A DNA stretch of 45,227 nucleotides from assembly GCF_006345805.1 (NCBI RefSeq), contig NW_021834587.1:1-45227 (forward strand). The letters are read 5' to 3'. The notes beneath the pieces are model-generated. The model made no database searches, was not told the origin of the DNA, and was given only the letters and a program-made list of their open reading frames with translations. This stretch comes from Octopus sinensis (Eukaryota). Within the stretch, counting starts at the first letter, position 1, and every line of letters starts with the position of its first letter. A program made the translations under genes and the position numbers. This document shows, piece by piece, positions 1 through 10,233 of the stretch.

Positions 1-344
1 ATTATTAACAGCGATAATCATCATTATTATAATAATTAACCTTGATTATGCCCCCAAAAAGCGCGAACAGAAACAGCTGTTAGATGAGATATTGTCCTTT
101 TTTTTTTGTAATCATTAAAATATAATTGATGATTATGAGTTATCAATTTTATCTCCATTTTCTTATTTTTCCTTAAATATAGATAAAATTCTGTTTATTC
201 CTTTCCTTATGTTTCATTCATGAGCATTAATGCTTAATACTCATAATCACATATAGGTAATATACCAGTAATTTATTGGATATAAGTATCCCTTAGACAG
301 TTTTTATAACCTATATATATATATATATAAATAAAGTTAATCCA

Positions 345-540
345 AACAAGAAAGCACAAAAAACACAACAACGCGAGGACGTGGAACAAATTTAGTATTA
401 TTGGACGCTCAGGAAAGAAGGAAAGAAGGGGGGTTTAACGTTTCGAGCGGAGCTCTTCGTCGGAAACATAGGAGAAGGAAAGATCCAGAGAAGGGAAGAC
501 AGAGGAAAAAAATCGCCAACGGTACACACGAGGTCACATT
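345..540 (-). mobile_element. Short Penelope-type terminal-repeat (pLTR/retrozyme-like) fragment, copy 1 of 4, between (TA)n tracts
   Basis: Shares the block gtatta...gctcagg...cgtttcgagc-loop-gctcttcgtc with 5885-6045, 32700-32875 and 43845-44025; contains a hammerhead core. Confidence 0.6.
433..467 (-). ncRNA. Minimal type I hammerhead ribozyme motif (U4C core variant)
   Basis: Minus strand reads GUUU CCGACGA A GAGC-UCC-GCUC GAAA CGUU/AAAC: 4-bp stem I, 4-bp stem II, palindromic ACGU in the stem III position. Confidence 0.6.
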
Positions 541-547
541 TTGAATA

Positions 548-616
<69 letters not shown>

Positions 617-731
617 AAATTAATTAATGATTAATTAATTAATAATGTTTCCAAGTCATCAGTACGTTAAAAAAAAAACCTTTTTAGGTAGATTATGCAA
701 AATATTCTATCATTGTATACATAATTATTAC

Positions 732-805
732 CAGGGGTCAGCTGAGTGCCTCGCCACGTACTGAATTCTAATTCAGTACGTGGCCGGCCACTTAGCTGAC
801 CCCTG
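732..805. mobile_element. Palindromic hAT-like MITE (74 bp)
   Basis: Termini caggggtcagctgagtg / cacttagctgacccctg (16/17 complementary); inner 15-bp perfect inverted repeat gccacgtactgaatt / aattcagtacgtggc; flanking 8-mers attattac / attataat (6/8 identical) resemble a decayed 8-bp TSD; CAGGGG ends are typical of hAT TIRs. Confidence 0.6.
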
Positions 806-862
806 ATTATAATTATGTATATAATTATAGAATATTTATATATATATAATATATATATTATA

Positions 863-929
<67 letters not shown>

Positions 930-1380
930 AACGCACACCGTTCTTACTTGGACATTTCTGTTCAGCATTCAGTTAACTAAATGACCTGTCAGTGTTTCAA
1001 GTAAATTTCGATAACGAAGGCCATAGCAGCTAATGGCTTTTGACGTGCATGTCAGGGAACGGATAGACATAGACATTAAGACAACTGTGAACTAATATAC
1101 GTGGATAGTGTTTCATTAAGATTTTGTTTCTTAGTTGTTTCTTCGCTATGAAACTTTTCTTCTTCCATTGGCATTGGTTGGAAATCTGTACATTCACATG
1201 TAAAACCGCTTCAGGAAACGTAACAGAAAAATCCCAGCCAAGAGATTGAGTTTGGCAATTATATAGCAGAGTATTATCTGCTGCTCTGTAAGAAGGGAAA
1301 AAATTCCCATAGTTGAACGGCATTTCTTGCAAAAGAAGATCAATTGCTACCAAATTGAGAAAGAAAAAAATTTGAACTTG

Positions 1381-1488
1381 TTATAAAACAAACAGATCAC
1401 GTTTTTCCCACGATCGCTCACATTCCAAATGCGTAGACATTCCATCATCGTCACTATCATCATCAGCACCAGTGATGTATGTCAAACC
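1381..1488 (-). CDS. Candidate terminal coding exon GLTYITGADDDSDDDGMSTHLECERSWEKRDLFVL* (alternatively part of a decayed transposase)
   Basis: Strong acceptor ttttcttgcAG|G on the minus strand, phase 0, non-repetitive acidic peptide; no family recognised. Confidence 0.25.
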   Translation of the reverse strand, partial: GLTYITGADDDSDDDGMSTHLECERSWEKRDLFVL

Positions 1489-1789
1489 CTGCAAGAAAAT
1501 TACGACAGAGAAAGCTTTAAATATAGCCCTGTCTTCTAGTTTCTCGGATTTAATGTGAAAATATTTCAGGTAAAAAAAAAATTCAGTTAAATTAACAAGC
1601 AAACAAGAAAACTGTTTATTGTGTCTAACTTTGTTTGTTCTCCGTTGTTGCAGCCATGACAGATTTCTCTTTAATTTTAACACTGCTACTTAAACCGATT
1701 AAATTTACATATAATTATATTGTAATTTCATTTATATCTTATTATCGGTCTACTAATTTACTAAGGAGAGTTGAACAGCAGGTCTTCAA

Positions 1790-2000
1790 AGTAGTACCCC
1801 TCCCTCATGGCCCTTAATTTCTTACAATCTAGCGGGGCGGGACGGGGCGCATCCAGGTCATGATTCTTGGATACCCCTCTGCCGCCACATTCTGTGGTAC
1901 AGTTCGCTTTGCAGTCAGCACTTTCCTGGCTGGTCAAGGTACCCCAGATTAAGGTACTGTGGATGCCATAGCCACCTCCATCGGAGACACTGGTTCAACG
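1790..2000 (-). mobile_element. Decayed RTE-like LINE 3' coding remnant
   Basis: Two minus frames give LRWRWLWH...PARKVLTAK...GYPRIMTWM, resembling the RTE ORF C-terminal RLRWLGHV...RGRPR.TW motif. Confidence 0.5.
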
Positions 2001-2204
2001 TAGAATGAAATATTTCTACTGGCGTTCACACACACACACACACACAAACACACACACCGCGCGCGCTAGTGCACGTGGCTATGTGGGTTCAGTCCTACTG
2101 CAAGTGCCTTCTACTATAGCTATAAGACACTTGCCCAAAGTGCCGCACAGCGGGACTGAACCCGGAACAATGTGGTTGAGAAACCAGTTTCTTATCACAC
2201 AGCC

Positions 2205-2601
2205 GGCGAGCTGGCAGAAACGTTAGAACTGCTGGGCGAAATGCTTAGCGGTATTTTGTCTGTCGCTACGTTGTGAGTTCTAATTCCGCCAAGGTCGACT
2301 TTGCCTTTCGTCCTTTCGGGGTCGATTAAATAAGTACCAGTTACGCACTGGGGTCGATATAATCGACTTAATCCGTGCGTCTGTCCTTGTTTGTCATCTC
2401 TGTGTTTAGCCCCTTGTGGGTAGTAAAGAAATATGTATTTCGTCTGTCTTTACATTCTGAGTTCAAATTCCGCCAAGGTCGACTTTACCTTTCATTCTTT
2501 CGGGATCGATAAATTAAGTACCAGTTGCGTACTGGGGTCGATCTAATTGACTGGTCCCCTCCCCCAAAATTTCGAGCCTTGTGCCTTGAGTAGAAAAGAA
2601 T
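2205..2601 (+). mobile_element. tRNA-derived SINE family A, dimeric form
   Basis: Head ggcgagctggcagaaacgttag (A-box-like) and a degenerate B-box-like gagttctaattcc (family consensus gagttcaaattcc); a second monomer restarts at tatttcgtctgtc with a different 3' tail. Confidence 0.85.
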
Positions 2602-2878
2602 ATATGTTTGTGTGGAGAGGTATATCCACATACCTCCAGACATTTCATGTTACAACCTACGCGCGAGCGCACACACGCGCATATCCACATACAGAGAGAG
2701 AGGGGGAGAAAGAGAGAGAGAGGGGGGAGATACGTACACGTATACACGCGCTTACATCAACGGGTATGCGTATGGGTATATGCATGTTTGTACGGCGCGT
2801 ATATCCACGCGCATGTTCATATACGCGCACGCACACACATTCACACACACAACGGTACCCATACACTCACTCACCCGC

Positions 2879-2911
<33 letters not shown>

Positions 2912-3014
2912 CCATTCACTTCCCGCGCTTCCAGTCAAATGGAGTTTTTCTCTCGTAAAACTTTCTGTGATTACATTTCACCATTCTTCTTCCTAGCAAT
3001 GTTGTGCCATTAAT

Positions 3015-3563
3015 AGTTACCACCACCACCACCACCACCACTATTTCTCCTACCCCCTACCATCACTACCCCTACAACCGCCACCATCGCCATCACTGCC
3101 GCCATTATCATCACGTTTGCCTTTCCACCACCACCACCACCACCACCACCAACACCAGCATAACCTACTACCACCACATCCACCACCATCACCATTACCA
3201 CTTGTCCATCACTATTGCCGCCACTAACTCCGTCACCACCGGCACCACCTCCTCACTCTACTACCGCTACTATTGTTACTACTACCACCGTTACCACCAC
3301 ATCCACCGCAACCACTTCTACCTCCACTACCATTACTACCTGTCCTACACCACAGCTACCGACACTGCTATCATATTTACTTGGCTACTACCACCGCTAC
3401 CACTACCAACACAACCACCACCACTACTACTACTATTACTACTACTACCACTACTACTACTATAGTACTACTACAACCACCACTACTACTACTACTACTA
3501 TAGTATTACTACTATAGTACTACTACTGCAACCACCACCACTACCACACTCCAAACTCCCACC

Positions 3564-3636
<73 letters not shown>

Positions 3637-4790
3637 GTTACCGGGGTACATCATTGCCGCAACTGTTATTTATTCTTGCTATATAATAGCAACTACAACC
3701 GCCACTGCCACAACACACCACCACCGCTACAAATACCGTCACGATACCACTAGCACCATATTACATAAATACAACCACCGCCGCAATCACCACCACCACC
3801 ACCACCACCGCCACCACTACCAACACCATCATTACCACAACCATCACCACCACCACTATCAACACCACTACCACCACTATTACTACCACCGCCATCGTTA
3901 CCACCATCACTACCTCTTCCATTATTTTTCATATTAACACTACCTCCAATACTAACTTAACACTGTCCAACTACCACCGCAACCAAAACTATCATTGTAC
4001 CACCACCACCACCACCGCTACTAACACCGTCACTGTAACACTTTCGTTATTTCCCATATCCCTGTGGTACTATCACCATACCACAGCAATGCTACCACTA
4101 GCCCCACCACTGTCACAATCATACCACCGCCGCTACTAACACCATCACGCTAAACTCCCGCCATCAGTGCTACCGCCACCACGATCACGGTCATACTATC
4201 CCTACCACTCTACTACTCCAACCTATACTGCTACCGTAATTCTAATAATACAATACTACGTCCCTAGCCACCTCTGTACCTTTCCCGCCATTTCTATCAC
4301 TGCTGCTGAGAACGTTACGATTATTATCACCAGTGTACTGCCACCACTACTACCACCGAGACTGTATCACCATCACCAAACCACTACTACTACTATACCA
4401 CTACTCCAATGCCACTGCGACGACCACTGCTACCTACGCTGCACAACCACTCCCATTACTACTGCTACCCCCACCAATACCACCATTATTACTACAACTA
4501 CTACTACTACAATTGCCACCACCATCACTACCAGCACCAGCATCAATGCTGCCGCCGCCGCCACCATCACCACCACCTCCACTACTACTACCACCAATAA
4601 CACCACTCCTACCAAAGCTTTCATCACCGCCACCATCACCATCAAACCATCACTACCACCACCGAACTACCACTCCACTGCCAATACCATCGACCCTATC
4701 AGTGCACCGCCACCACCACCATCGCCACTGTACTATCATACCACTTCCATTACCGACGCCAACAGCACCACCAACTCTACCACCACCATA
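3015..4790. repeat. Degenerate (ACC/ACT/CAT)n trinucleotide low-complexity block
   Basis: Directly visible; produces Thr/Pro/His homopolymer ORFs in all frames. Confidence 0.9.
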
Positions 4791-4822
4791 GATGGAAAGA
4801 CAAAGAGATTGTAGAGATGGGC

Positions 4823-4823
<1 letters not shown>

Positions 4824-4899
<76 letters not shown>
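4824..4899. repeat. (AG)n microsatellite
   Basis: Directly visible. Confidence 0.95.
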
Positions 4900-4903
<4 letters not shown>

Positions 4904-4915
4904 CCAAGCTGGGAA

Positions 4916-5043
4916 TGACGTCGCTTCCCGCTGACGCACGGAAGAAGAAAAAATATTACATAAAAATCGTAAAAAAACAAAGGCTAAAAATGAAAAAAAA
5001 TTAGAAAATCAAAAATGAAAAATCTGTAGTGGCAGCCATTTTG
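4916..5043. promoter_or_regulatory. Candidate promoter-like motif cluster (CRE-like TGACGTC, TGACGCA, ETS CGGAAG, YY1-like GCCATTTTG)
   Basis: Motifs at 4916-4922, 4932-4938, 4939-4944 and 5032-5043 in unique sequence; motif match only. Confidence 0.3.
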
Positions 5044-5384
5044 TATCTTACTTTATCTTGCTGTCTCTCATCTCTTTTCTCATTTGTTTATGGTGAAGGA
5101 ATTTGGTTTCAAGAATGATAGGAACGTCACTGCATTCCGATCGACATACATCGTTCTATTTCCAAAATATTTCTTGATATATTTATCTATTTATGTATTT
5201 ATTGAGGGGGTGGGCAGTAGGATTTATTTACCTATCTCTTCGCGGTGGTGTCTCTTACTGAAAAGTTAGTTAACATACTTTCTGGGGTTTTCGCCCGTTT
5301 TTCTTTCTTTTTTTTTCTTTGTAATATTTTGTGTGTGTGTGGTGGGGGGAGTGTATGGAATTTTTTTTGTTCAGGTGAAATTTA

Positions 5385-5705
5385 TATGGCCGTGTAGTCA
5401 AGCAGCTCATTTTGCAATCACGTGGTTTCAGTTTCAATCCCACTGCACGGTACCTTGGGCAAGTGTCTTCAGAATGAATTTCGTAGACAGAAGCTGTGGG
5501 TTCGTCCCGCTGCGTGGCACCTTGGTCGAGTGTCTTCAACTATAGTCTCGGGCCGACCAAAGCCTTGTGAGTATATATATATATTTGCATATATTTATGT
5601 GAGTGTCTGTGTTTGTCGCTACGCCATCGCCCGACAACCGATGTTGTTGTGTTTACGCCCCCGTAACTTAGCGGTTCGGGAAAAGAGACTGATATAATAA
5701 GTACT
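5385..5705 (+). mobile_element. SINE family B (CORE-like box), rearranged copy
   Basis: ccttgggcaagtgtctt box appears in duplicate; 3' part cccgtaacttagcggttcgg. Confidence 0.75.
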
Positions 5706-5952
5706 AGAAATATATAAAATCATTATCATCCTTATACCATCCATTGCCACAAAAAATAACTACTATACAATATTCACAAAAACAAAGCAAAAAATAACCT
5801 TAAAAATCGATTTCTTCCACCATGAACACTCTTTAAGGCGGTACTCCAGCATGGCCGCTGTCAAATGACTGAAGCAAGTAAAATTCAAAAGGACGCACAG
5901 GTGGAATGTATTAGCTTCATGCTCAGTATAAAATGGGAAAAGGCGTGTCTGT

Positions 5953-5987
5953 GTGTAATGTTTCGAGCATGGCTCTTCGTCAGGAGG
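5953..5987 (-). ncRNA. Hammerhead ribozyme motif, copy 2 (canonical core, degraded stems I/III)
   Basis: Minus strand CUGACGA A GAGC-CAU-GCUC GAAA CAUU; ACGU palindrome changed to ACAU and stem I is unpaired. Confidence 0.55.
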
Positions 5988-6419
5988 AGGAAAAAGGAAA
6001 GAGCGGGAGAAGGAGGAAAGACGTCAAAGAAAAGTGAGTATGTGCTTGTATGTATGTTTGTATGCATGTCTATGTATATATGTGTGTGTGTGTATGTGTG
6101 TGTGGTGTGTATGTATGTATGTATGTATGTATGTATATATAGGCAAATTTGTTGTTGAAAATGCACATAAATTTGAAAACTTGTAATTGTTTAAAATAAA
6201 TTTATTTACAATATACCAAACTAGTTTCAGCAATATTTTTTGTTTATCAATGGCAAAAATTTTAAATTATGAATTAGAAAAACATCTTTAAAACTTTCAA
6301 TGTTGACAAATTGAAATGTTCATAATAGACAAATTTAGAATTATGAATTAGAAAAACATGTTTAGAAATTTAGATGATGACAAATTTAAATGTTCGTAAC
6401 AGTCAATAATATTAAAATT

Positions 6420-7325
6420 GTGCATCAATTTGTTTGAAAATACAAAGCAAACGGAATTGGGTTGAAGTGTTTCCGGTGCATTGATTGAGAGGGAAGATTT
6501 GGTATTTCGGGTTCATGTTTCCGGTGTTTGCTTACGGGAATTTTCCTAGTCGTGGGGTCCCGGATTTATTGCCTGTGCACCGTTAGTCTGTCCCTCAAGG
6601 TTAAGCTAGTTTGACCTATATAGTCTCCGCCACACCTTCCATATTTGAGAACATAGATTGAGTTCTTCGAAGCACAGGTGAAGTCATATTTTATGGTAAA
6701 GGTTTGACCCGACTTAAATATGTACGTTGAGCCCTCTAAGAGGAAGATGCAAGTTCCGCAGTTAGGGCGGTTGCACTTTTTGATTAGTGGGGTTGTATTT
6801 TTGGTAAGTAATTTGGCACTGGTGAGTAACCTTTTTACGGATTGCGGTTGTCTCTTACTTTTAATAATCTTATGTGTTTCCAGTGCCTTTTTCATTTGCA
6901 GGTCCTTCATAAGGATGGGTATGTTTTGGTGGATGATGTTGTATGCATCCATATTCCACGGATTGTGTATTGATACGTAAGATAAAGTTTTAAGTGTGTC
7001 ATGGTGTTTTCTTCTTTTCCGTAACTCTTGGATGTCTATCATTTTTGCACGTTCTATTCCGTTTTTGATTAGACTGGCTGGGTATTTTCTATCTAGTAAT
7101 TTGTTTTTACGTTCTTGGAGTCGCTTTTCTCGGGTTTCGGGATTTAATGAAATCGTGCAAATTCTTCTCGCTAAGTTAAACGGTATATTTATTTTAGTAT
7201 GTTTTGGGTGGCAGGAGGAGAATAGAAGATATTGTCTGGAGTCCGTTGGTTTGAAGATGTTGGTTTCAATTTCAGTATCTCTTTTTAAGAAGTATAAAAT
7301 AATAGATGAAAATATAGATTTTGGG
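6420..7325 (-). mobile_element. Penelope-like retroelement fragment: RT C-terminus/thumb, Cys linker, GIY-YIG endonuclease (pseudogenised)
   Basis: ORF 6566-7342: KPTDSRQYLLFSSCHPKHTKINIPFNLARRIC, CNRPNCGTC, SIYVLKYGRCGGDYIGQTSLTLRDRLTVH; homology continues past the TAA (IRDPTTRKIPVSKH, then NPKYQIFPL in a shifted frame). Confidence 0.9.
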
Positions 7326-7371
7326 ATGGCAAACCAACACATACATACCTATACACACACACACACACACA

Positions 7372-7421
<50 letters not shown>

Positions 7422-7467
7422 TATATAATATATATATATATATATTATATATATTATATATATATAT

Positions 7468-7851
7468 GCGCAGGAGTGGCTGTGTAGTAAGTTGCTTGCT
7501 TACCAACCACATGGTTCTGGGTTCAATCCCACTGCGTGGCACCTTGGGCAAGTGTTTTCTACTATTGTCTCGGGCCGGCCAAAGCCCTGTGAGTGGATTT
7601 GATAGACGGAAACTGAAAGTCTGTCGTATATATATGTATATATATTTATGTGTATGTATATGTTTGTGTGTCTGTATTTGTCCTCCCCCACCATCGCTTG
7701 ACAACCGATGCTGGCGTGTTTACGTCCCCGTAACTTAGCGGTTCGGCAAAAGAAACCGATAGAATAAGTAGTAGGCTTACAATGCTCGACTAAAGGTGGT
7801 GCTCCAGCATGACCGCAGTCAAATGACTGAAACAAGTAAAAGAGTAAAAGA
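7468..7851 (+). mobile_element. SINE family B, near full length
   Basis: tRNA-like head gcaggagtggctgtg...gggttcaatccc, CORE-like gcaccttgggcaagtg, internal (TA/TG)n, tail gtaaaagagtaaaag. Confidence 0.9.
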
Positions 7852-8884
7852 ATATATATGTATATGTTTGTATGTATGTATTTATGTATATTATATATAT
7901 ATATGTATTTATATATATGTATATATATGTGTGTGTATGTGTATATATATATATATGTGTGTGTGTGTATGTGTATATGTATATGTGTGTGTGTGTTTGT
8001 GTCTGTTGTGTGTGTGTTTAATAGAATGAAAGATCCATATCTTGATTCTAATTCGCAACAGAAGCTGTTTCTATTCCTATTTCGCCTTCTTACATTTACT
8101 CAGAAATCCTTTGGGAGTAATATGAACGCAAAGTCATTTCATATTCTGTGTTTCAGGAAGAAAAATTAAAACAACAGCAAAAAAAAAAAAAAAACAACAA
8201 CAACAACCTTGTCTTTATGTTAAAAATCAATATACTTTGAAATATTTTGCTGTTTGCACTGTTATCTCTGCATTTATTTTGTATCAATATTTCGCAACTT
8301 CACTAAACTGCAGCGAATCCATTTTCTTCTACGAAGATAAATAATGAAAAACTCATTCCCTTGTCATTTCCACAATATCTGTGATAGTTTGGTCCTCTTT
8401 TCCTTCCTTTCAATATACATGGTTTTCTGCTTATGCTTAAGAGGGAAAAAAATCAATAATTTTTCTCTAAAATATTATCAGCATTTCTTAAACCAATATA
8501 ATTTTCTCAGTATCTCTTCTGCGATATACTGCTAGCATTTCTGGCACCGGTTGATTGTTTCTCTATCTGCCGATCTCAATACGCTAAACCAATCATTTAT
8601 AGAGATGGCAGAATCGTTAGAACCTTTGCGAAGATTCCGTATGCCATTTGTACCGGCGCTTTTCACAGTGAGTTCAAATCCTGTCACGTTCAATTTTTCG
8701 TTTTATTTTTCTGAGGTTCATAAATAGTTCTTATTTTAGTGGGAGAGGGGCTATGTCGAGTACATCAACGTTTATCTTAAAGACCCCCAAAAGAATGAAA
8801 GGAAAGTTAACCTCAGCAAGATTTGAGTCGTTGAGCTTTTCGTTCCAGTCGCAATGTATACATGTGTGTGTGTGTGTGTGTAAA

Positions 8885-9225
8885 AAGGGTAAAGACCCCC
8901 TTCGGTCATGAATGACCATGGGGTTGCACCTAGAAAGTAATCCTCCAGGCACAAGTCCGGGTAAGGTTGTTTATGGAAGACCAGCAGTCGCCCATGCACA
9001 ACAGCCTTCACTCTCCACACCACTAATATTATCCAAGGGAAAGGCAAAGGTCCGATGCAGCTTGGCACCAGTGACGTCGCAGCTCATTTCTAGGGCTGAG
9101 TTAACTGGAGCAACGTGAAATAAAGTGTTTTGCTCAAGCACGCAACACACAGCCCGGTCCGGGAATCGAACTCACTACCTCATGATTGTGAGCCCGACGC
9201 TCTAACCACTGAGCCATTCGCCCTC
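8885..9225 (-). mobile_element. SINE family C
   Basis: Reverse complement of the 33548-34203 family (gagttcgattcccggaccgggctgtgtg...gtcattcatgaccgaagggg). Confidence 0.85.
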
Positions 9226-9260
9226 ACAAATGTATGTATGTATGTATGTGTGTAATATAA

Positions 9261-9296
<36 letters not shown>

Positions 9297-9299
9297 GGG

Positions 9300-9340
<41 letters not shown>

Positions 9341-9492
9341 AGAGAGATGCTGAGAGTTTTCAACCTCTCGCTTATCAGTGATGTTTGAGTCTCTGAGCAT
9401 TTCGTTCGAATCGTGAATGATTATGCCACCTCACCTCCTTTTGGGGTTGATAAATTATTATTCTTTTCTCACCCCCCCCCTCACACACATAC

Positions 9493-9529
<37 letters not shown>

Positions 9530-9542
9530 TTCTCTCTCCCTT

Positions 9543-9663
9543 CCTGAGACCTAGAGTGGACTCATATCTCCTGATGGAATCGAAAGAGCGCCGTCGTGAC
9601 ACACAGACGGCGTGTCCCGACCAGTCTAAGTTTGGTGGAGACCATTCCACTCTGGGTCTCAGG
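9543..9663 (+). other. Structured element with an 18-bp terminal stem and internal hairpins; overlaps a candidate 108-nt exon (9555-9662)
   Basis: cctgagacctagagtgga (9543-9560) pairs with tccactctgggtctcagg (9646-9663), with one G-U on the plus strand; internal cgccgtc/gacggcg, ctcc/ggag and acca/tggt stems. Confidence 0.55.
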
Positions 9664-9827
9664 TCTGTGTGTGTGTGAGAGAGGGGGGTGGGTGGTAAAA
9701 CTGCAATTTTGTTCTGTTTTCTTTTCCTTTTGTAGTTTAATTTGTACCTTCTCGTATTGTTCCGGCTTTACACAACTACATTCTTTAATACACACACACA
9801 CACGCACTCACACACACACACGCACCT

Positions 9828-10233
9828 ATACATACATACATACATGCATACATGCATACATACATACACACATACATACACACATACATACATACATACA
9901 TACATACATACACACATACATACATACATACATACATACATACATACATACATACATACATGCATGCATACATACATACATACATACATACATGCATACA
10001 TACATACATACATGCATACATACATACATACATACATACATACATACATACATACATACATACATACATACATACATACATACATACATGCATGCATGCA
10101 TACATACATACATACATACATACATACATACATACATACATACATGCATGCATACATACATACATACATACATACATACATACATACATACATACATACA
10201 TACATACATACATACATGCATGCATGCATACAT
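9828..10233. repeat. (CATA)n tetranucleotide microsatellite with CATG variants
   Basis: Directly visible. Confidence 0.95.

Noticed and set aside
3004-4814. Mucin-like Thr/Pro-rich ORFs (e.g. 4167-4814)
   Set aside because: These are translations of degenerate ACC/ACT triplet repeats; several overlapping frames are open, with no splice or domain support.
9570-9586. CTGATGGAATCGAAAG as a hammerhead core
   Set aside because: G replaces A9 and only 4 nt separate the core halves, so stem II cannot form.
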